Shown here one piece after another: positions 33,807-44,235 of a stretch of DNA of 50,039 bases. The stretch's first letter is position 1; each line of letters begins with the position of its first letter. Source of the stretch: a virus. The translations under genes were made by a program, and so were the position numbers. The notes beneath the pieces are model-generated. The model searched no databases, was not told the origin of the DNA, and saw only the letters and a list, made by a program, of their open reading frames with translations. Location: positions 1 to 50,039 of the IMG/VR virus record IMGVR_UViG_3300000944_000001. One strand, written 5' to 3'.

Positions 33807-36455
33807 ATGCCAAGCAATAACAGAGGGGCCGATGTTGTCATTCGGCTTTTAGCGAGAGATGAAGGCCTGCGCGAAGCCTTAGTTGCCGCAGGCAAAGATG
33901 GTGAACGCGCTTTGCGGCAATTAGACAAGGCCAGCCAAGAGGCAAGCCCAGGCCTGAAGGCCGTTGATAATGTCGCCAATGATGTCAAAAATTCAATGGG
34001 CGGATTGCTTGACCGCCTTGGCCCGCTTGGCTCTGCTTTGCGCGGGCTTGGTCCCATCGGCGCGGGTGTTGGTGTCTTATTGGGCGGTGTCGCCGTTGGC
34101 GCGCTCGCAGCGGCCAATGCAGGCGCGCAGGCCGTCACAACAATCGCGGCGCTTGGTGACCAGGCGGATAAGTTAAATCTAACCACAGACGCCTATCAGG
34201 CGCTACGCTTTGAAGCGGATGCCTTGCGGATTTCCCAAAGCGATTTGGACTCTGCCATCCAAACGGCGGACAAAACCACATCTGAAGCCGCGCTTGGGAC
34301 GGGTGAATTTTTCTCAAATCTTAACATCTTAAACCCCGAAATGGTCCGCACGGTCCAAACCTCGGATGATCTCAATGACCGCTTGGCCGCAATTTCCAAA
34401 GGTTACCGCGAAGCTGAAACCGAAGTTGAACGCAATTCAATCCTATTGCGCACCTTTGGCGACAATGGCATCCGCGCCGGCAAGGCTTTATTGGGTCTTG
34501 AAGGCGGGCTTGAAGGGGCCACTGACCGCGCGCGTGAAGCGGGTGTTGTCTTTAGCGAAGATTTAATCCGCGCGAGCCAAGAGGCCGCCGCCGAAATTGC
34601 CATTGCCGATCGTAAAATTGAAGCGTCAAAACTGCGCCTCAAAGTCGCTTACGCTGACTTTGCGGTGTCGGCCAAAAATGCGCAAGCAGGTGTCTTCAAC
34701 CAGCTTTCCAGCTTAGGCACGGCCAAAACCCTTGAGGATGAAGTGAATAAGGTTGAGCGCGCACGTGATCGACTCTTAGCTTTTCGCGCCGTCAATACGG
34801 CCAAGGACATCCCGCCAATCTTAAGGCCTATCTTTGGCAATAATTTCCAAGACAAACTCGCGGAATTTCAAGATGAGCTTGATGATTTGAATGAACAGAT
34901 TGCCGCACAATCTGACAATGATGCCATCTTTCAATCGTCATTTATCATCGCACCAAGCGATGATGAAGGCCAAGTTGAAGTCACGGCCGCGTTGCAATCA
35001 AGCCTGAACAGATTACGGCAAGAAGCCCAGACAAATGCAGAGCGCTTGACCGCGGCTTTGACAGAACTTGACCAGGCGCGCGAAGCGGGCCTTATCACAT
35101 CGGATGCCGAGTTCAACCGCCTGCGCGCGACCCTGCAAGAAAAATTCAAAGATGTTGATGCGATTAACGCGCAGGCCAAAGCTATTCAGGAATTGGAAAA
35201 ACAGCGCATTGCCGATGCGGCGGCGGCGCGTCAAGCTATTCAAATCCGCGCAGACCTTGGCGACATCACAGGCCGCCTGACGCAAAAAGAAAAAGAATTG
35301 GATGCCTTGGTTCAAAGTGGCCATCTAAATAGAGATGAAGCCAACCGAAGTCTGACAAAATTCCGTGAAGGTTTGGACGGCACGACCGCCGCGCGCGATA
35401 AGTTAACCCAAGCCTTGCAGAACACCCTTGACCCGGTCGCGCGCTTCAATGCTGAAACAGAGCGGCTGCGCGCACTTCAAGACCTTGCCAATATTTCAGC
35501 GGCGGATTTCAATAAAATTCTCGCTGATCGCGCGGCGCGCCTTCAGGACCTGCAAGATGCGGCTGATGATGAACTTGAAATTGAACAATTTGGCGAAACT
35601 CTTGAAGCCGCCGCAGAGCGCATCAAAGAAAGCCTGTTGACGGCCGATGAATTAATTGACCAAAAAATTGAAGTTGAACGCAAGATTGTTGACGCCCTGG
35701 TCAGCGAAGGCGTTCTGTCAAGCGCAGAGGCCGCGCAGCGCTTATCTGATTATCGCAAAGACCTTGAAGAAATTAACCAAGAAACCAATGCCTTGTCAGC
35801 GGCCAATGATTTACTTGGCGCAGGCATTAATGAACTGACAGAGGGAATGGGCCAATTTGAACGCGCGGCCGTTGAAGCGCTTGCCGCCGTAGCCCTTGAA
35901 GCTCTTGGTCTTGGCGATTCACTTGGCGGGATTTTTGGCGGCGGCGGTGGTGGTATCTCTGGCGGCGGCGGCTTTGGCAACATCCTTGGCAGCGCTTTTG
36001 CAGGTATATTCCACAGCGGCACCAAATCCGTTGGTTCAGGCGGACCAAAGCGCGCGGTCAATCCTGCCGTCTTTGCCGGCGCGCCGCGTTTTCATAACGG
36101 CATTGCAAGTGTTGGCCGCAATGAAGTCCCGGCAATTTTAGAACGCGGTGAAAGGGTTTCAACAGAATCCGAAACCCGCGCCCTGGTTAATGCCATTAAT
36201 CTGTCCACAGCGGCGTCAGCGGCCGCGCGTAGCGGCTTTGGCACGGCCGCGCCTGCGGTCACCTTAATTGTCAATAACAGCACAGGTGAACCCGTTGAAA
36301 GCGAAGAACGCACAGGTCCCAACGGCGAGCGGGAAATCCTCTTGCAAATCGGCGAAATCTCGCGCCGCCAAACTGAAGGGTTTTTAAAGTCCGCGCGCGG
36401 CGCACAAGTCATGTCTGAAACCTTTGCGATTAACCCAAGATTAGGCGGGCGGTAA
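33807..36455 (+). CDS. Tail tape measure protein
   Basis: 882 aa, Ala/Leu/Glu-rich and coiled-coil-like, with a Gly-rich GGGGGGISGGGGFG segment. It follows G/GT. Confidence 0.88.
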   Translation: MPSNNRGADVVIRLLARDEGLREALVAAGKDGERALRQLDKASQEASPGLKAVDNVANDVKNSMGGLLDRLGPLGSALRGLGPIGAGVGVLLGGVAVGALAAANAGAQAVTTIAALGDQADKLNLTTDAYQALRFEADALRISQSDLDSAIQTADKTTSEAALGTGEFFSNLNILNPEMVRTVQTSDDLNDRLAAISKGYREAETEVERNSILLRTFGDNGIRAGKALLGLEGGLEGATDRAREAGVVFSEDLIRASQEAAAEIAIADRKIEASKLRLKVAYADFAVSAKNAQAGVFNQLSSLGTAKTLEDEVNKVERARDRLLAFRAVNTAKDIPPILRPIFGNNFQDKLAEFQDELDDLNEQIAAQSDNDAIFQSSFIIAPSDDEGQVEVTAALQSSLNRLRQEAQTNAERLTAALTELDQAREAGLITSDAEFNRLRATLQEKFKDVDAINAQAKAIQELEKQRIADAAAARQAIQIRADLGDITGRLTQKEKELDALVQSGHLNRDEANRSLTKFREGLDGTTAARDKLTQALQNTLDPVARFNAETERLRALQDLANISAADFNKILADRAARLQDLQDAADDELEIEQFGETLEAAAERIKESLLTADELIDQKIEVERKIVDALVSEGVLSSAEAAQRLSDYRKDLEEINQETNALSAANDLLGAGINELTEGMGQFERAAVEALAAVALEALGLGDSLGGIFGGGGGGISGGGGFGNILGSAFAGIFHSGTKSVGSGGPKRAVNPAVFAGAPRFHNGIASVGRNEVPAILERGERVSTESETRALVNAINLSTAASAAARSGFGTAAPAVTLIVNNSTGEPVESEERTGPNGEREILLQIGEISRRQTEGFLKSARGAQVMSETFAINPRLGGR

Positions 36456-36847
36456 TGGCTTTAAGAACTTGGCCTTCAAATGTCAGAGGTAATGACGGCC
36501 GTGTCTATAAAGACGGCTATGTTGAAACTGTGCCTGATAACATCTTGCGCTCTGAAATGGATGACGGCCACAAGTCGCGGCGTAAATTCACACGCGGCTG
36601 GTCAACCGTTTCATTCAGACTGCGCCTGCCTTTAGCTGAATATGAAATCTTCAGACACAACTTTGTTCATCTTGAACTCAAAGACGGCGTTTTGCCGTTT
36701 CGCTTCAATCACCCGCTTCGGGATTATGATGTCGCGGCCAAGTTCTTGCCCCAAAATGATGGGCAGGCCTTCACCCATTCACCCGCGCCAGGCGCAAATG
36801 TTTTTGTCAATATTCAATTGGAATTTTTAGACCGTGCCGTCACCTAG
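36455..36847 (+). CDS. Minor tail protein (gpM position)
   Basis: 130 aa. Its start overlaps the tape measure stop. Confidence 0.6.
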   Translation: MALRTWPSNVRGNDGRVYKDGYVETVPDNILRSEMDDGHKSRRKFTRGWSTVSFRLRLPLAEYEIFRHNFVHLELKDGVLPFRFNHPLRDYDVAAKFLPQNDGQAFTHSPAPGANVFVNIQLEFLDRAVT

Positions 36848-37361
36848 ATTTTTAAAGAACCTAACAGATCGGGACGCTGAAGATGTCGTTCTGACATTGT
36901 TGCGGCTACATTGCAGCGAGTTCCCAGATTGGTCAGACATCCAACAAGGTGATGAAGAGGGATTCCCAACCGATTGGGAACCTAACACCATGTATTTTGT
37001 CCACAACACTGAAGACATTGTCAGCCGTGGTCACACATATATTCCTTGGGCCTTTGAACTTACACTGCCCGGTCAAGGCGGCGGCGGCAGCAATGCAGGG
37101 CTGCGCTTTGATAATATTGACCGCCGCATCACAGACGCCATCAAGTTACTGCCCGCAACCGCTGAAATCAGCGTCACGGCTGAAACCGTCTTGGATGTCA
37201 CCCCTGACTTGGTTGAAGAGGATTTCCAAGACTTTGCCCTGACGGCCGTTCAAATCACCGCTGTAAGTATTGAAACCACACTTGGCCCCAATGATGACCG
37301 CCTTGAACCCTTTTGTTCTGTTGTTTATCGCCGCCAAACTGCGCCAGGGTTGTTCAGGTGA
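36834..37361 (+). CDS. Minor tail protein (gpL position, DUF1833-like)
   Basis: 175 aa with a GTG start, carrying VVLTLLRLHCSEF...AFELTLPGQGGGG...LRFDNIDRRI. Confidence 0.6.
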   Translation: MPSPRFLKNLTDRDAEDVVLTLLRLHCSEFPDWSDIQQGDEEGFPTDWEPNTMYFVHNTEDIVSRGHTYIPWAFELTLPGQGGGGSNAGLRFDNIDRRITDAIKLLPATAEISVTAETVLDVTPDLVEEDFQDFALTAVQITAVSIETTLGPNDDRLEPFCSVVYRRQTAPGLFR

Positions 37362-37807
37362 GCGGTGCCAATTTCACGCCGCGCCTTGGCTGGCAAGCCC
37401 CTTATATCGGGACACCTTGGCGTTTTGATGGCTATGACCAAAGCGGCCTGTCTTGTTGGGGGTTGGCTTGTCTTGCCTGGCAAGAACAAGCGGATGTCTG
37501 TCTGCCAAGCTTTGCGGCGGACCTGCCTGAAAGCGCGGTGTTTTCAACAGAGCGGGTGCGCGCGGTCAATCAACTTATTTCTGGTGAAATTAATATCATG
37601 AAGCCGCTTTCAACCCCCCGCCCTATGGCGCTGACCTTAATGCGCAAGGGTCAGAACTTAACTCATATTGGCCTTTATGCCCATGGGGGTTTGATTGTCC
37701 ATGCCTGCGAGGATTCAGGGTCTGTTGTTCAGGACAGATTGCGGGATTTAAAACACAGTGTTGAAGGCTTTTATTGGCCGTCTGAAAAATTAATGGCGGC
37801 GCAGTGA
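37358..37807 (+). CDS. NlpC/P60-family tail protein (gpK position)
   Basis: GTG 37358 overlaps the upstream stop (GTGA). Catalytic Cys context SGLSCWGLACLAW, and His context THIGLYAHGGLIVHA. Confidence 0.75.
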   Translation: MSGANFTPRLGWQAPYIGTPWRFDGYDQSGLSCWGLACLAWQEQADVCLPSFAADLPESAVFSTERVRAVNQLISGEINIMKPLSTPRPMALTLMRKGQNLTHIGLYAHGGLIVHACEDSGSVVQDRLRDLKHSVEGFYWPSEKLMAAQ

Positions 37808-40800
37808 TGTCCATTCAAACCCAAATCATTCCGCCTAATCCCAAGCGGGACTTCAATGGCCAGATGGAACGCTTCTGCCGCCCCCGCCGTGTTTATGGCC
37901 GCGAGGGTGAAACGCTGCATGATATGATGCAACGGGCTATTCCTGACCCCATCCAACAAAATCTGTCTGTTGTGATGATGGCCGGCGAAGCCATCCCGCG
38001 CAGATTGTGGAAACATATCAAGCCAAAAATCCACACCGTCATTCAAATTGGGTTGCGGCCCAACGGCGGCGGTGCCAGAAAGATTTTGCGCACTGTCTTA
38101 ATTGTCGCCGTTGTTGTTGTTGCCGCTTGGATTGCAGGCCCTGCGGGTGTCGCATTGCTTGGCAAGACAGGTGCATTGATTGCAAGTGCGGCTTTCACGG
38201 TTGTTGCCAATCTGGCAATCAATGCCTTATTACCGCCGCCATCCCTATCCACAAGCGCGCGGCCTGAACAAGAACCAACCTATTCAATCCAAGGCGCGCG
38301 CAATCAAGGCCGCCCTTTGCAAACCTGCCCTGTCACTTTGGGTGATCATAGATTTGTCCCTGACCTTATCACTGAATATTTGCAAGAACCTGCGGGTGAT
38401 GATGTCTTTTTGACATTTGGCGTTTGTGTTGGTGTTGGCAATTATGAAGTCAGCGAATGGCGTATTGGTGACACCCCGATTGAACAATTTGATGGCATCA
38501 CAATTCAAGAAAGCCTGACCGTTGACGCGCCAACACAGACCCTTATTCCAGGGGATTTTTCAACCGAAAACCTTGGGATTGACCTTGCAACAACCGACAC
38601 CGAAATCCGCCGCACAACCAATGATGTGTCTGACATTGATGTGGTGCTTTATTTCCCGCGCGGCCTTGGCACGGTTGATGATGACGGTGACCCTGAAAAT
38701 GTGACAATCACAGTGAATGTTGATTACAGAGTCGTGAATGAAGACGGCACCACAGGCCCTTGGCAAAATGGCGCGGCTAATAATGGCGCAGAGCTTGATG
38801 ATATTTTTGAACAAGAATTTGGGGAAAACCGCGTCAATGTCTTTGAATTTGGTTCAATATTCAACCCGTTCTCGCCGCAAGTCACCGCCAATTTCAACCC
38901 TTTATCACGGACCTATCGCCGCTCTGACACCAAACCATTCCCGTCCCGCATCCGCATTCCCGTCCCGCCAGGCCGTCAATATGATGTACGGGTTCAACGC
39001 ACCACAGCGCGGGATGATGATGTTGGTGTCGCCAATGATGTCACTTGGAACGCCCTGACCAGTTGGCGTCAATCCGTCAGCCTGACGCCTGACGCCCGTC
39101 TTGCCACGGCGTTCATTCGTATCTTGGCATCTGGCGAATTATCAGGGGTTGTTGACACGCTGAATTGTCGTGCCAAAAAAATCATTCCAACCTTTAAACG
39201 CGGCGCAGCTTTTGACCCTGCCTTGGCGACCGCGCAAGATTGGGATGATAATGCGACCACCAGCCGCAACAATGCGGATGTTTTATTGGATGTGAATCGC
39301 GGGCTTCATACTGACAACCCATTGCCTGATGATGAAATTGATTTTGAAGACTTCGCGGCCTTTTGGATTTGGTGTGATCAAAACAATTTCACATTTGACC
39401 TGCCAATTCAGCAAGACTTGGCCCGCGCCGAAGTTGAAGAAATGGTTGCGGCCGCAGGCCGTGCGCGGGTTTATCGCGGGACTGACGGCAAGAAACACAT
39501 CGCCATTGACCGTGAACGTATTGAAGGGCCAACCCAAATCATCACCCCGCGAAACGCTAGAAACTTCAACTTCACCCGCACCTTTGCGCGTCCTGTCCAT
39601 GCGCTGCGCATTCCCTTCACCAATCGTGAAAATGATTTTGAAGATGATGAATTGATTGTCTATGCCAACGGCCATGATGAAGACACGGCCACGCTTTTTG
39701 AACAAATCACAACGCCAGGCACAACAGACCCCGCCGCCGTCTTCACGGCAGGGAATTTCTATCTGCAATCCGCGCTGACCTTATCCACGGTTGTCACCTT
39801 TGAAATGGACATCGAGGGCCGCACATTGTCCCTTGGTGATTTTGTCCGCCTGCAACATCCTGTCTTAAACGAAGCGGCCTTATCGGCGCGGGTCTTTGCA
39901 GTTGACGGCAATGACATCCACCTTGACGCCCCGCTTGGATTTGATGCCGCGCAAAATTATGTTTTGCGCTATCGCGTGATTAAAGACTTCAAAGACGGCA
40001 CCGCTGCAATTAATGGTGAAGGTCTTGTGGCCTTGATTAATCCGGGCAAACAAACTGATGTTGTCACCCTGGCAGAACCCTTGCCCGCTGGTCTTGATTT
40101 GACTGATAAATTGGTTGTTGTTGGCATTGCAGGTGAAGACACCTTTGAAGGCCTTGTCCGCGCGGTCACCCCCGCCGCTGGTCCCAATCAAGTTGATGTT
40201 GAATTGGTCGCCTATTTGCCTGAACGGCTAACCGTGCCGGCTATTCCGCCGCACAGCCCGCCCCCTGCGATCGCGTTCACGCGGCCGCCAACCCCTGTCT
40301 TGATTGGTCATTCATCAGCCTTTGACCACATCACCGTCAGCTTTGGTTTGCCTGAAGGTTACACTAACAACATCGCAGCGTTCCAAGCGCGATATGTTGA
40401 AGAACGCGCAGGCGATAATTCACAGGCCTTTATCCAAGGGCCTGATCTGCCGCGTGATGCGACACAGTTCACAATCCCCGCAGGCACACCGGGCCGCCGT
40501 TACCGCCTTGAAATCCTTTCCCGCGACTTTGATGGACTAACATCCCGGCCCCTTGTTGTGGCGGGCCTTGAAGCTTACAACACCGCGCCTGCGCCGCAGG
40601 GCGCGGCGGCCGTGCCGCGGGTCCTGACAAACGGCGCTGGCGTTCAAATTCCTGTCATCGACATTACGGTTGCGCCAGTTCAGACCACCGTCATTGAAAC
40701 CTTATTGATTGAAACCCGCCCTGCCGCGCCCGCCACAGGCCCTGCGCAAGATTGGGGCGCACCGACAAGCACGCCGTCCAATAGCCCGTCCAAGCAATTA

Positions 40801-41952
40801 ACAGGCTTAACGCCTGGCGCGGTCATTGATATTCGTTTGGCATGGCGCGATGTGCGCGGCTCTGTCACCCCTGAAGCGCAGCGGCCTATTCTGTCAGGCA
40901 TTGTTTTCCCCGCTGAATTTACGGCCGCCAACACCGTCAATGTGGCGGGCCAACCTGCCACTGAACTTGTCACTGAAGTCAGTCAACTTCGTATAGACCT
41001 TGGCACAACAATTGATGTTGAAGAATCGGCAGCGTTTGTTCTCGCCCAAAGCGATTTGGTGCAAGCCGCTGAAGATCGGATTGAAGGGATAGAGGGGAAT
41101 TTAGAAAACATTCAAGCCGATATTAATTTAACCCAAACCCAAATCGAAGATGATGCCGCGATCGCGTCACAATCCTTGGCTGAAGTTTTAACAATTGAAA
41201 ATAATATAGACGGTTTAAGAGCTGAAGTTATAGATTTAAGAAACCAAACCGCGCAACTTAACACGGATGCACAAGGCGCGGTCACCGCCACGGCTGACAA
41301 TGTTCTTATAACAGATGCCGCCGTAACCCAAACAGAACTTGATGTCACGGCGGCCAATCAAGCTCGGTTAGGCGCAGAGGCAGCTTTAGGTGATGCCGAA
41401 ATTGTCCGAACTGATGTGGCAAACTTGACGCAGGATGCCGAAGATGCGGCAGTCAGCGTAGCAACTTCAGAGACATTAACCGCCGAGTTTCTAAACCGCA
41501 CATTAGAATTAGCTCGCTTACAATTTCCTAAGTCAATGCAAGACGCTGATGATTTTTTCATTGAGGATTTCAGCGGACATCCTGATACCGATAGACCTGT
41601 CACAGGTAGCCCCGACCATTCGCCAATTATTAACCCTATTGAGGGGGCAGGGATTAGAACAACGGCTGAACAGCCTATCTCTCAAAGACAGGCCTTGCCC
41701 GCAATCGTTGGGAATACTTACAGGCTAACCGTGCGTGGCAGATTGGTTGCGCCATCGACAAATGGCGCAACTTATCGCGCGGTTTTTTACGGGATGCACG
41801 ACGATTATGCGGGTGTTGGCTCTTTGGCTTTATTTGATTTACCAGCGGCATCAGCGGCTTCGACATTTACAGTTGAATATGTGCTAACCCAAGCAAGATT
41901 TGACCAAGGTGTCAGGTGGCTAAGGCGGCGGCAAGAACAAGCGCAGATCTAA
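37804..41952 (+). CDS. Tail tip / host-specificity protein, apparent gpI-gpJ fusion with a fibre-like C-terminus
   Basis: 1382 aa. The N-terminal ~150 aa, with the hydrophobic ILRTVLIVAVVVVAAWIAGPAG segment, resemble gpI. PTYSIQGARNQGRPLQTCPVTLGDHRFVP marks a J-type start. The C-terminus has Ala-rich coiled segments. Confidence 0.8.
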   Translation: MMSIQTQIIPPNPKRDFNGQMERFCRPRRVYGREGETLHDMMQRAIPDPIQQNLSVVMMAGEAIPRRLWKHIKPKIHTVIQIGLRPNGGGARKILRTVLIVAVVVVAAWIAGPAGVALLGKTGALIASAAFTVVANLAINALLPPPSLSTSARPEQEPTYSIQGARNQGRPLQTCPVTLGDHRFVPDLITEYLQEPAGDDVFLTFGVCVGVGNYEVSEWRIGDTPIEQFDGITIQESLTVDAPTQTLIPGDFSTENLGIDLATTDTEIRRTTNDVSDIDVVLYFPRGLGTVDDDGDPENVTITVNVDYRVVNEDGTTGPWQNGAANNGAELDDIFEQEFGENRVNVFEFGSIFNPFSPQVTANFNPLSRTYRRSDTKPFPSRIRIPVPPGRQYDVRVQRTTARDDDVGVANDVTWNALTSWRQSVSLTPDARLATAFIRILASGELSGVVDTLNCRAKKIIPTFKRGAAFDPALATAQDWDDNATTSRNNADVLLDVNRGLHTDNPLPDDEIDFEDFAAFWIWCDQNNFTFDLPIQQDLARAEVEEMVAAAGRARVYRGTDGKKHIAIDRERIEGPTQIITPRNARNFNFTRTFARPVHALRIPFTNRENDFEDDELIVYANGHDEDTATLFEQITTPGTTDPAAVFTAGNFYLQSALTLSTVVTFEMDIEGRTLSLGDFVRLQHPVLNEAALSARVFAVDGNDIHLDAPLGFDAAQNYVLRYRVIKDFKDGTAAINGEGLVALINPGKQTDVVTLAEPLPAGLDLTDKLVVVGIAGEDTFEGLVRAVTPAAGPNQVDVELVAYLPERLTVPAIPPHSPPPAIAFTRPPTPVLIGHSSAFDHITVSFGLPEGYTNNIAAFQARYVEERAGDNSQAFIQGPDLPRDATQFTIPAGTPGRRYRLEILSRDFDGLTSRPLVVAGLEAYNTAPAPQGAAAVPRVLTNGAGVQIPVIDITVAPVQTTVIETLLIETRPAAPATGPAQDWGAPTSTPSNSPSKQLTGLTPGAVIDIRLAWRDVRGSVTPEAQRPILSGIVFPAEFTAANTVNVAGQPATELVTEVSQLRIDLGTTIDVEESAAFVLAQSDLVQAAEDRIEGIEGNLENIQADINLTQTQIEDDAAIASQSLAEVLTIENNIDGLRAEVIDLRNQTAQLNTDAQGAVTATADNVLITDAAVTQTELDVTAANQARLGAEAALGDAEIVRTDVANLTQDAEDAAVSVATSETLTAEFLNRTLELARLQFPKSMQDADDFFIEDFSGHPDTDRPVTGSPDHSPIINPIEGAGIRTTAEQPISQRQALPAIVGNTYRLTVRGRLVAPSTNGATYRAVFYGMHDDYAGVGSLALFDLPAASAASTFTVEYVLTQARFDQGVRWLRRRQEQAQI

Positions 41953-43532
41953 CCACCTTATCGGCGGTAGAGGCAAACGAATCCGCCGCCGCCGCAGAAT
42001 TTTCAAGACAAGCTATAGTTCAATTAAATCAGCCTGAAATATTACTTCGGCCCAACGCCGCGCAAAATGATTGGGTTTTCTCAAACAATAGTCTTGTTGA
42101 AGGCGACCAAGACTTCACTGATGGCTCAAAACTTCACGATGTTTTACCCGCCGACACTACTATTGAGGTCGTGGGCGGCGTCCCTGAAATTGTGTTTGAT
42201 GGAGTAGAGCGAGGATTTTATTGCCGTGAAACTATAGCTTATTCGCCAACCGAAATAAAATTTTATCGCATCACTTGTCAGATTAAATATGACAGAACCA
42301 ATTCAAGCACAACCGACCGTCTGCTTTTAGGGGCTTACTACCTGAAAGATGATTACTCTCGCGCCTCTTTAACAGGCGGATTTCCCGAAGATTTAGTTGC
42401 GAGAACGGCTAACGGCCTAGAGTGGACTGATATTGAATGGCTATTTGCCGCAAGCGTAAATCCATTAGCAGGCTGGTCACACATGGCCGATGCAGAGCTA
42501 GACCCCGAAACGGTAAGCCGCATAAGAATTGAGGGCCAAAGCGTTTATAATAACGGTGACGGCAAAATGCGTCTGCGTAATTTTGCCGTTAAGGAAGTTA
42601 CAGAAAATGTCACACTTGTTGATGGGAGCTATACTTTAGTTAGGGATGAGCTTGAAGTTATTCGCGCCGAGGCGCAGACAGAGCAAGCCGTTCTTGCAGA
42701 TGTCCGAGGCTTTTTAAGCTCAACAAGCACTGTAACAACAACGGCTGGCAACGCGCTGTCCCAAATCGCGCAGCGCGCTTTTGATACAGGAGACATTACT
42801 TATTCTGATATTGTTTTATCAGCCGATAAGCTAGTGCATGAGGTTGACGGTGAGGTCATTTGGCAGTCAGACGAAACAGGGCTTTTACTTAAAAGGGTTT
42901 TAAGATTTGTTGGCGGCGGCACACCAGGGAACCCAGACTTTCAAATATGTCATGGCATTGGCTTTGGCGCTAACAATGACTTAATGTTTTGGTATGGGCC
43001 TTATTCGGCGGGGGTTGATTCCTTAACAGCGGAAAACGGCATTGAGGCAAAGACACTTTCTGGCGGTACGTTTTTGGGCGGCTCAAATCAACTCGCAACA
43101 ATAATTTCAGCAAGCGACACGCACCCAACCACCGCATCTCTCTCTGGTATTGGTACTAATGGCAACACTCAGCACATCACAGGCTCAATCGTAGCAACAT
43201 CAATTCGCACCTATACTCAATCAACGCCAATCTCAAGCTCGACTTTTACGGCGGGCGGCGCTTCATTTACTGTTGAGCGTGATGGGGTTCAAATTGAAAA
43301 CGTCACAGGCATCACGGGAACTGTTGTACGTTCAGCCGCGTTTGATTTTGAGTCATCGCTTTACCATGTTACCGAAAATTTCAGCCTTGGAAAGTCTGTG
43401 ACCAATTCGGCAAGCACTGGCACCCCGCCAAGCACGCACTCTTTCAGCACAATTAAAGGAGCCGTGACTTTCCCACCAAGTCACACAAACCTCTCAAGTT
43501 CTGTCAGTGTCTCAATTTTAGAAAACCCATAA
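41916..43532 (+). CDS. Tail fibre / receptor-binding protein
   Basis: 538 aa. GTG start with AAGGTG 4 nt upstream. It overlaps J by 37 nt. Its N-terminal ~190 aa appear paralogous to the J C-terminus. Confidence 0.7.
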   Translation: MAKAAARTSADLTTLSAVEANESAAAAEFSRQAIVQLNQPEILLRPNAAQNDWVFSNNSLVEGDQDFTDGSKLHDVLPADTTIEVVGGVPEIVFDGVERGFYCRETIAYSPTEIKFYRITCQIKYDRTNSSTTDRLLLGAYYLKDDYSRASLTGGFPEDLVARTANGLEWTDIEWLFAASVNPLAGWSHMADAELDPETVSRIRIEGQSVYNNGDGKMRLRNFAVKEVTENVTLVDGSYTLVRDELEVIRAEAQTEQAVLADVRGFLSSTSTVTTTAGNALSQIAQRAFDTGDITYSDIVLSADKLVHEVDGEVIWQSDETGLLLKRVLRFVGGGTPGNPDFQICHGIGFGANNDLMFWYGPYSAGVDSLTAENGIEAKTLSGGTFLGGSNQLATIISASDTHPTTASLSGIGTNGNTQHITGSIVATSIRTYTQSTPISSSTFTAGGASFTVERDGVQIENVTGITGTVVRSAAFDFESSLYHVTENFSLGKSVTNSASTGTPPSTHSFSTIKGAVTFPPSHTNLSSSVSVSILENP

Positions 43533-43554
43533 ATTTAAACGAAAGGAACCTCTT

Positions 43555-43875
43555 GTGTCAGAACGAAACCAAATATTAATCGCCGCCCAAAACGCGGTGC
43601 GTGATGCGAAAAGTGTAAGTGATTTAATTACCGCTCTTGAAACTTTACATAAAGAAAACATGGCCGCCGGCATTGAAGACATCAATGCGCGCTTTGTTAA
43701 AATGTCCCGGGATAACTTAAAGCGCCTGAAACGCACATCAATCTTTGACACGGATGCAGATCGTAAAGCGGCGGCGGATGCGGCGGCTGAAATTGCCCAA
43801 GCTGAAGCTGACCGCATTGAAGCTTATGCCGATTTGAAGGCCAAACGCGCGAAACAAAAAGCGTCAGGCTCGTAG
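43555..43875 (+). CDS. Hypothetical coiled-coil protein (possible fibre assembly factor)
   Basis: 106 aa with a GTG start and GGAA upstream. Confidence 0.5.
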   Translation: MSERNQILIAAQNAVRDAKSVSDLITALETLHKENMAAGIEDINARFVKMSRDNLKRLKRTSIFDTDADRKAAADAAAEIAQAEADRIEAYADLKAKRAKQKASGS

Positions 43876-43926
43876 GCTTCAAAAACCAAAGCATAATCCG
43901 CCACAATAAAGTTTAGGAAAAAGACA

Positions 43927-44235
43927 ATGGATGAATTACAAATGATGGACAGCTTCAAGTTGTTGTTGGGCTTGGCTAGTTTCATCCTAACTTTGTTTGG
44001 CGCGCTTTTTGGTTGGTATCGCCACCTGTCCAAGCGCATTTCAGATAGTGATGATGCGCTACATTCCCGCGTCAATGCGCTTAAAGATGACATGAATGAA
44101 AACTTCGCGCGCAAGAAAGATGTGCGCGACAGCTTTCAGCGTGTCGAAACAGGCATCAGGGATTTGGGCAGCACAATGGCCAATAATCACACTTCGCTTA
44201 CAACATTAATTTTAAACCAAAAGGAGAAATCATGA
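43927..44235 (+). CDS. Single-TM protein with a coiled-coil tail (holin/antiholin or lysis regulator candidate)
   Basis: LLLGLASFILTLFGALFGW TM segment. Located directly upstream of the 3-TM protein and the muralytic enzyme. Confidence 0.55.
   Translation: MDELQMMDSFKLLLGLASFILTLFGALFGWYRHLSKRISDSDDALHSRVNALKDDMNENFARKKDVRDSFQRVETGIRDLGSTMANNHTSLTTLILNQKEKS

Noticed and set aside
39283-39768. 161-aa minus-strand ORF inside the J-like gene
   Set aside because: It is antisense to the host-specificity gene, with atypical composition and no ribosome site.
41901-41952. Programmed frameshift joining J to the downstream fibre ORF
   Set aside because: There is no X_XXY_YYZ slippery heptamer in the 52-nt overlap window. 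A GTG start with AAGGTG 4 nt upstream supports independent initiation. A mutational split remains possible and is noted in the findings.
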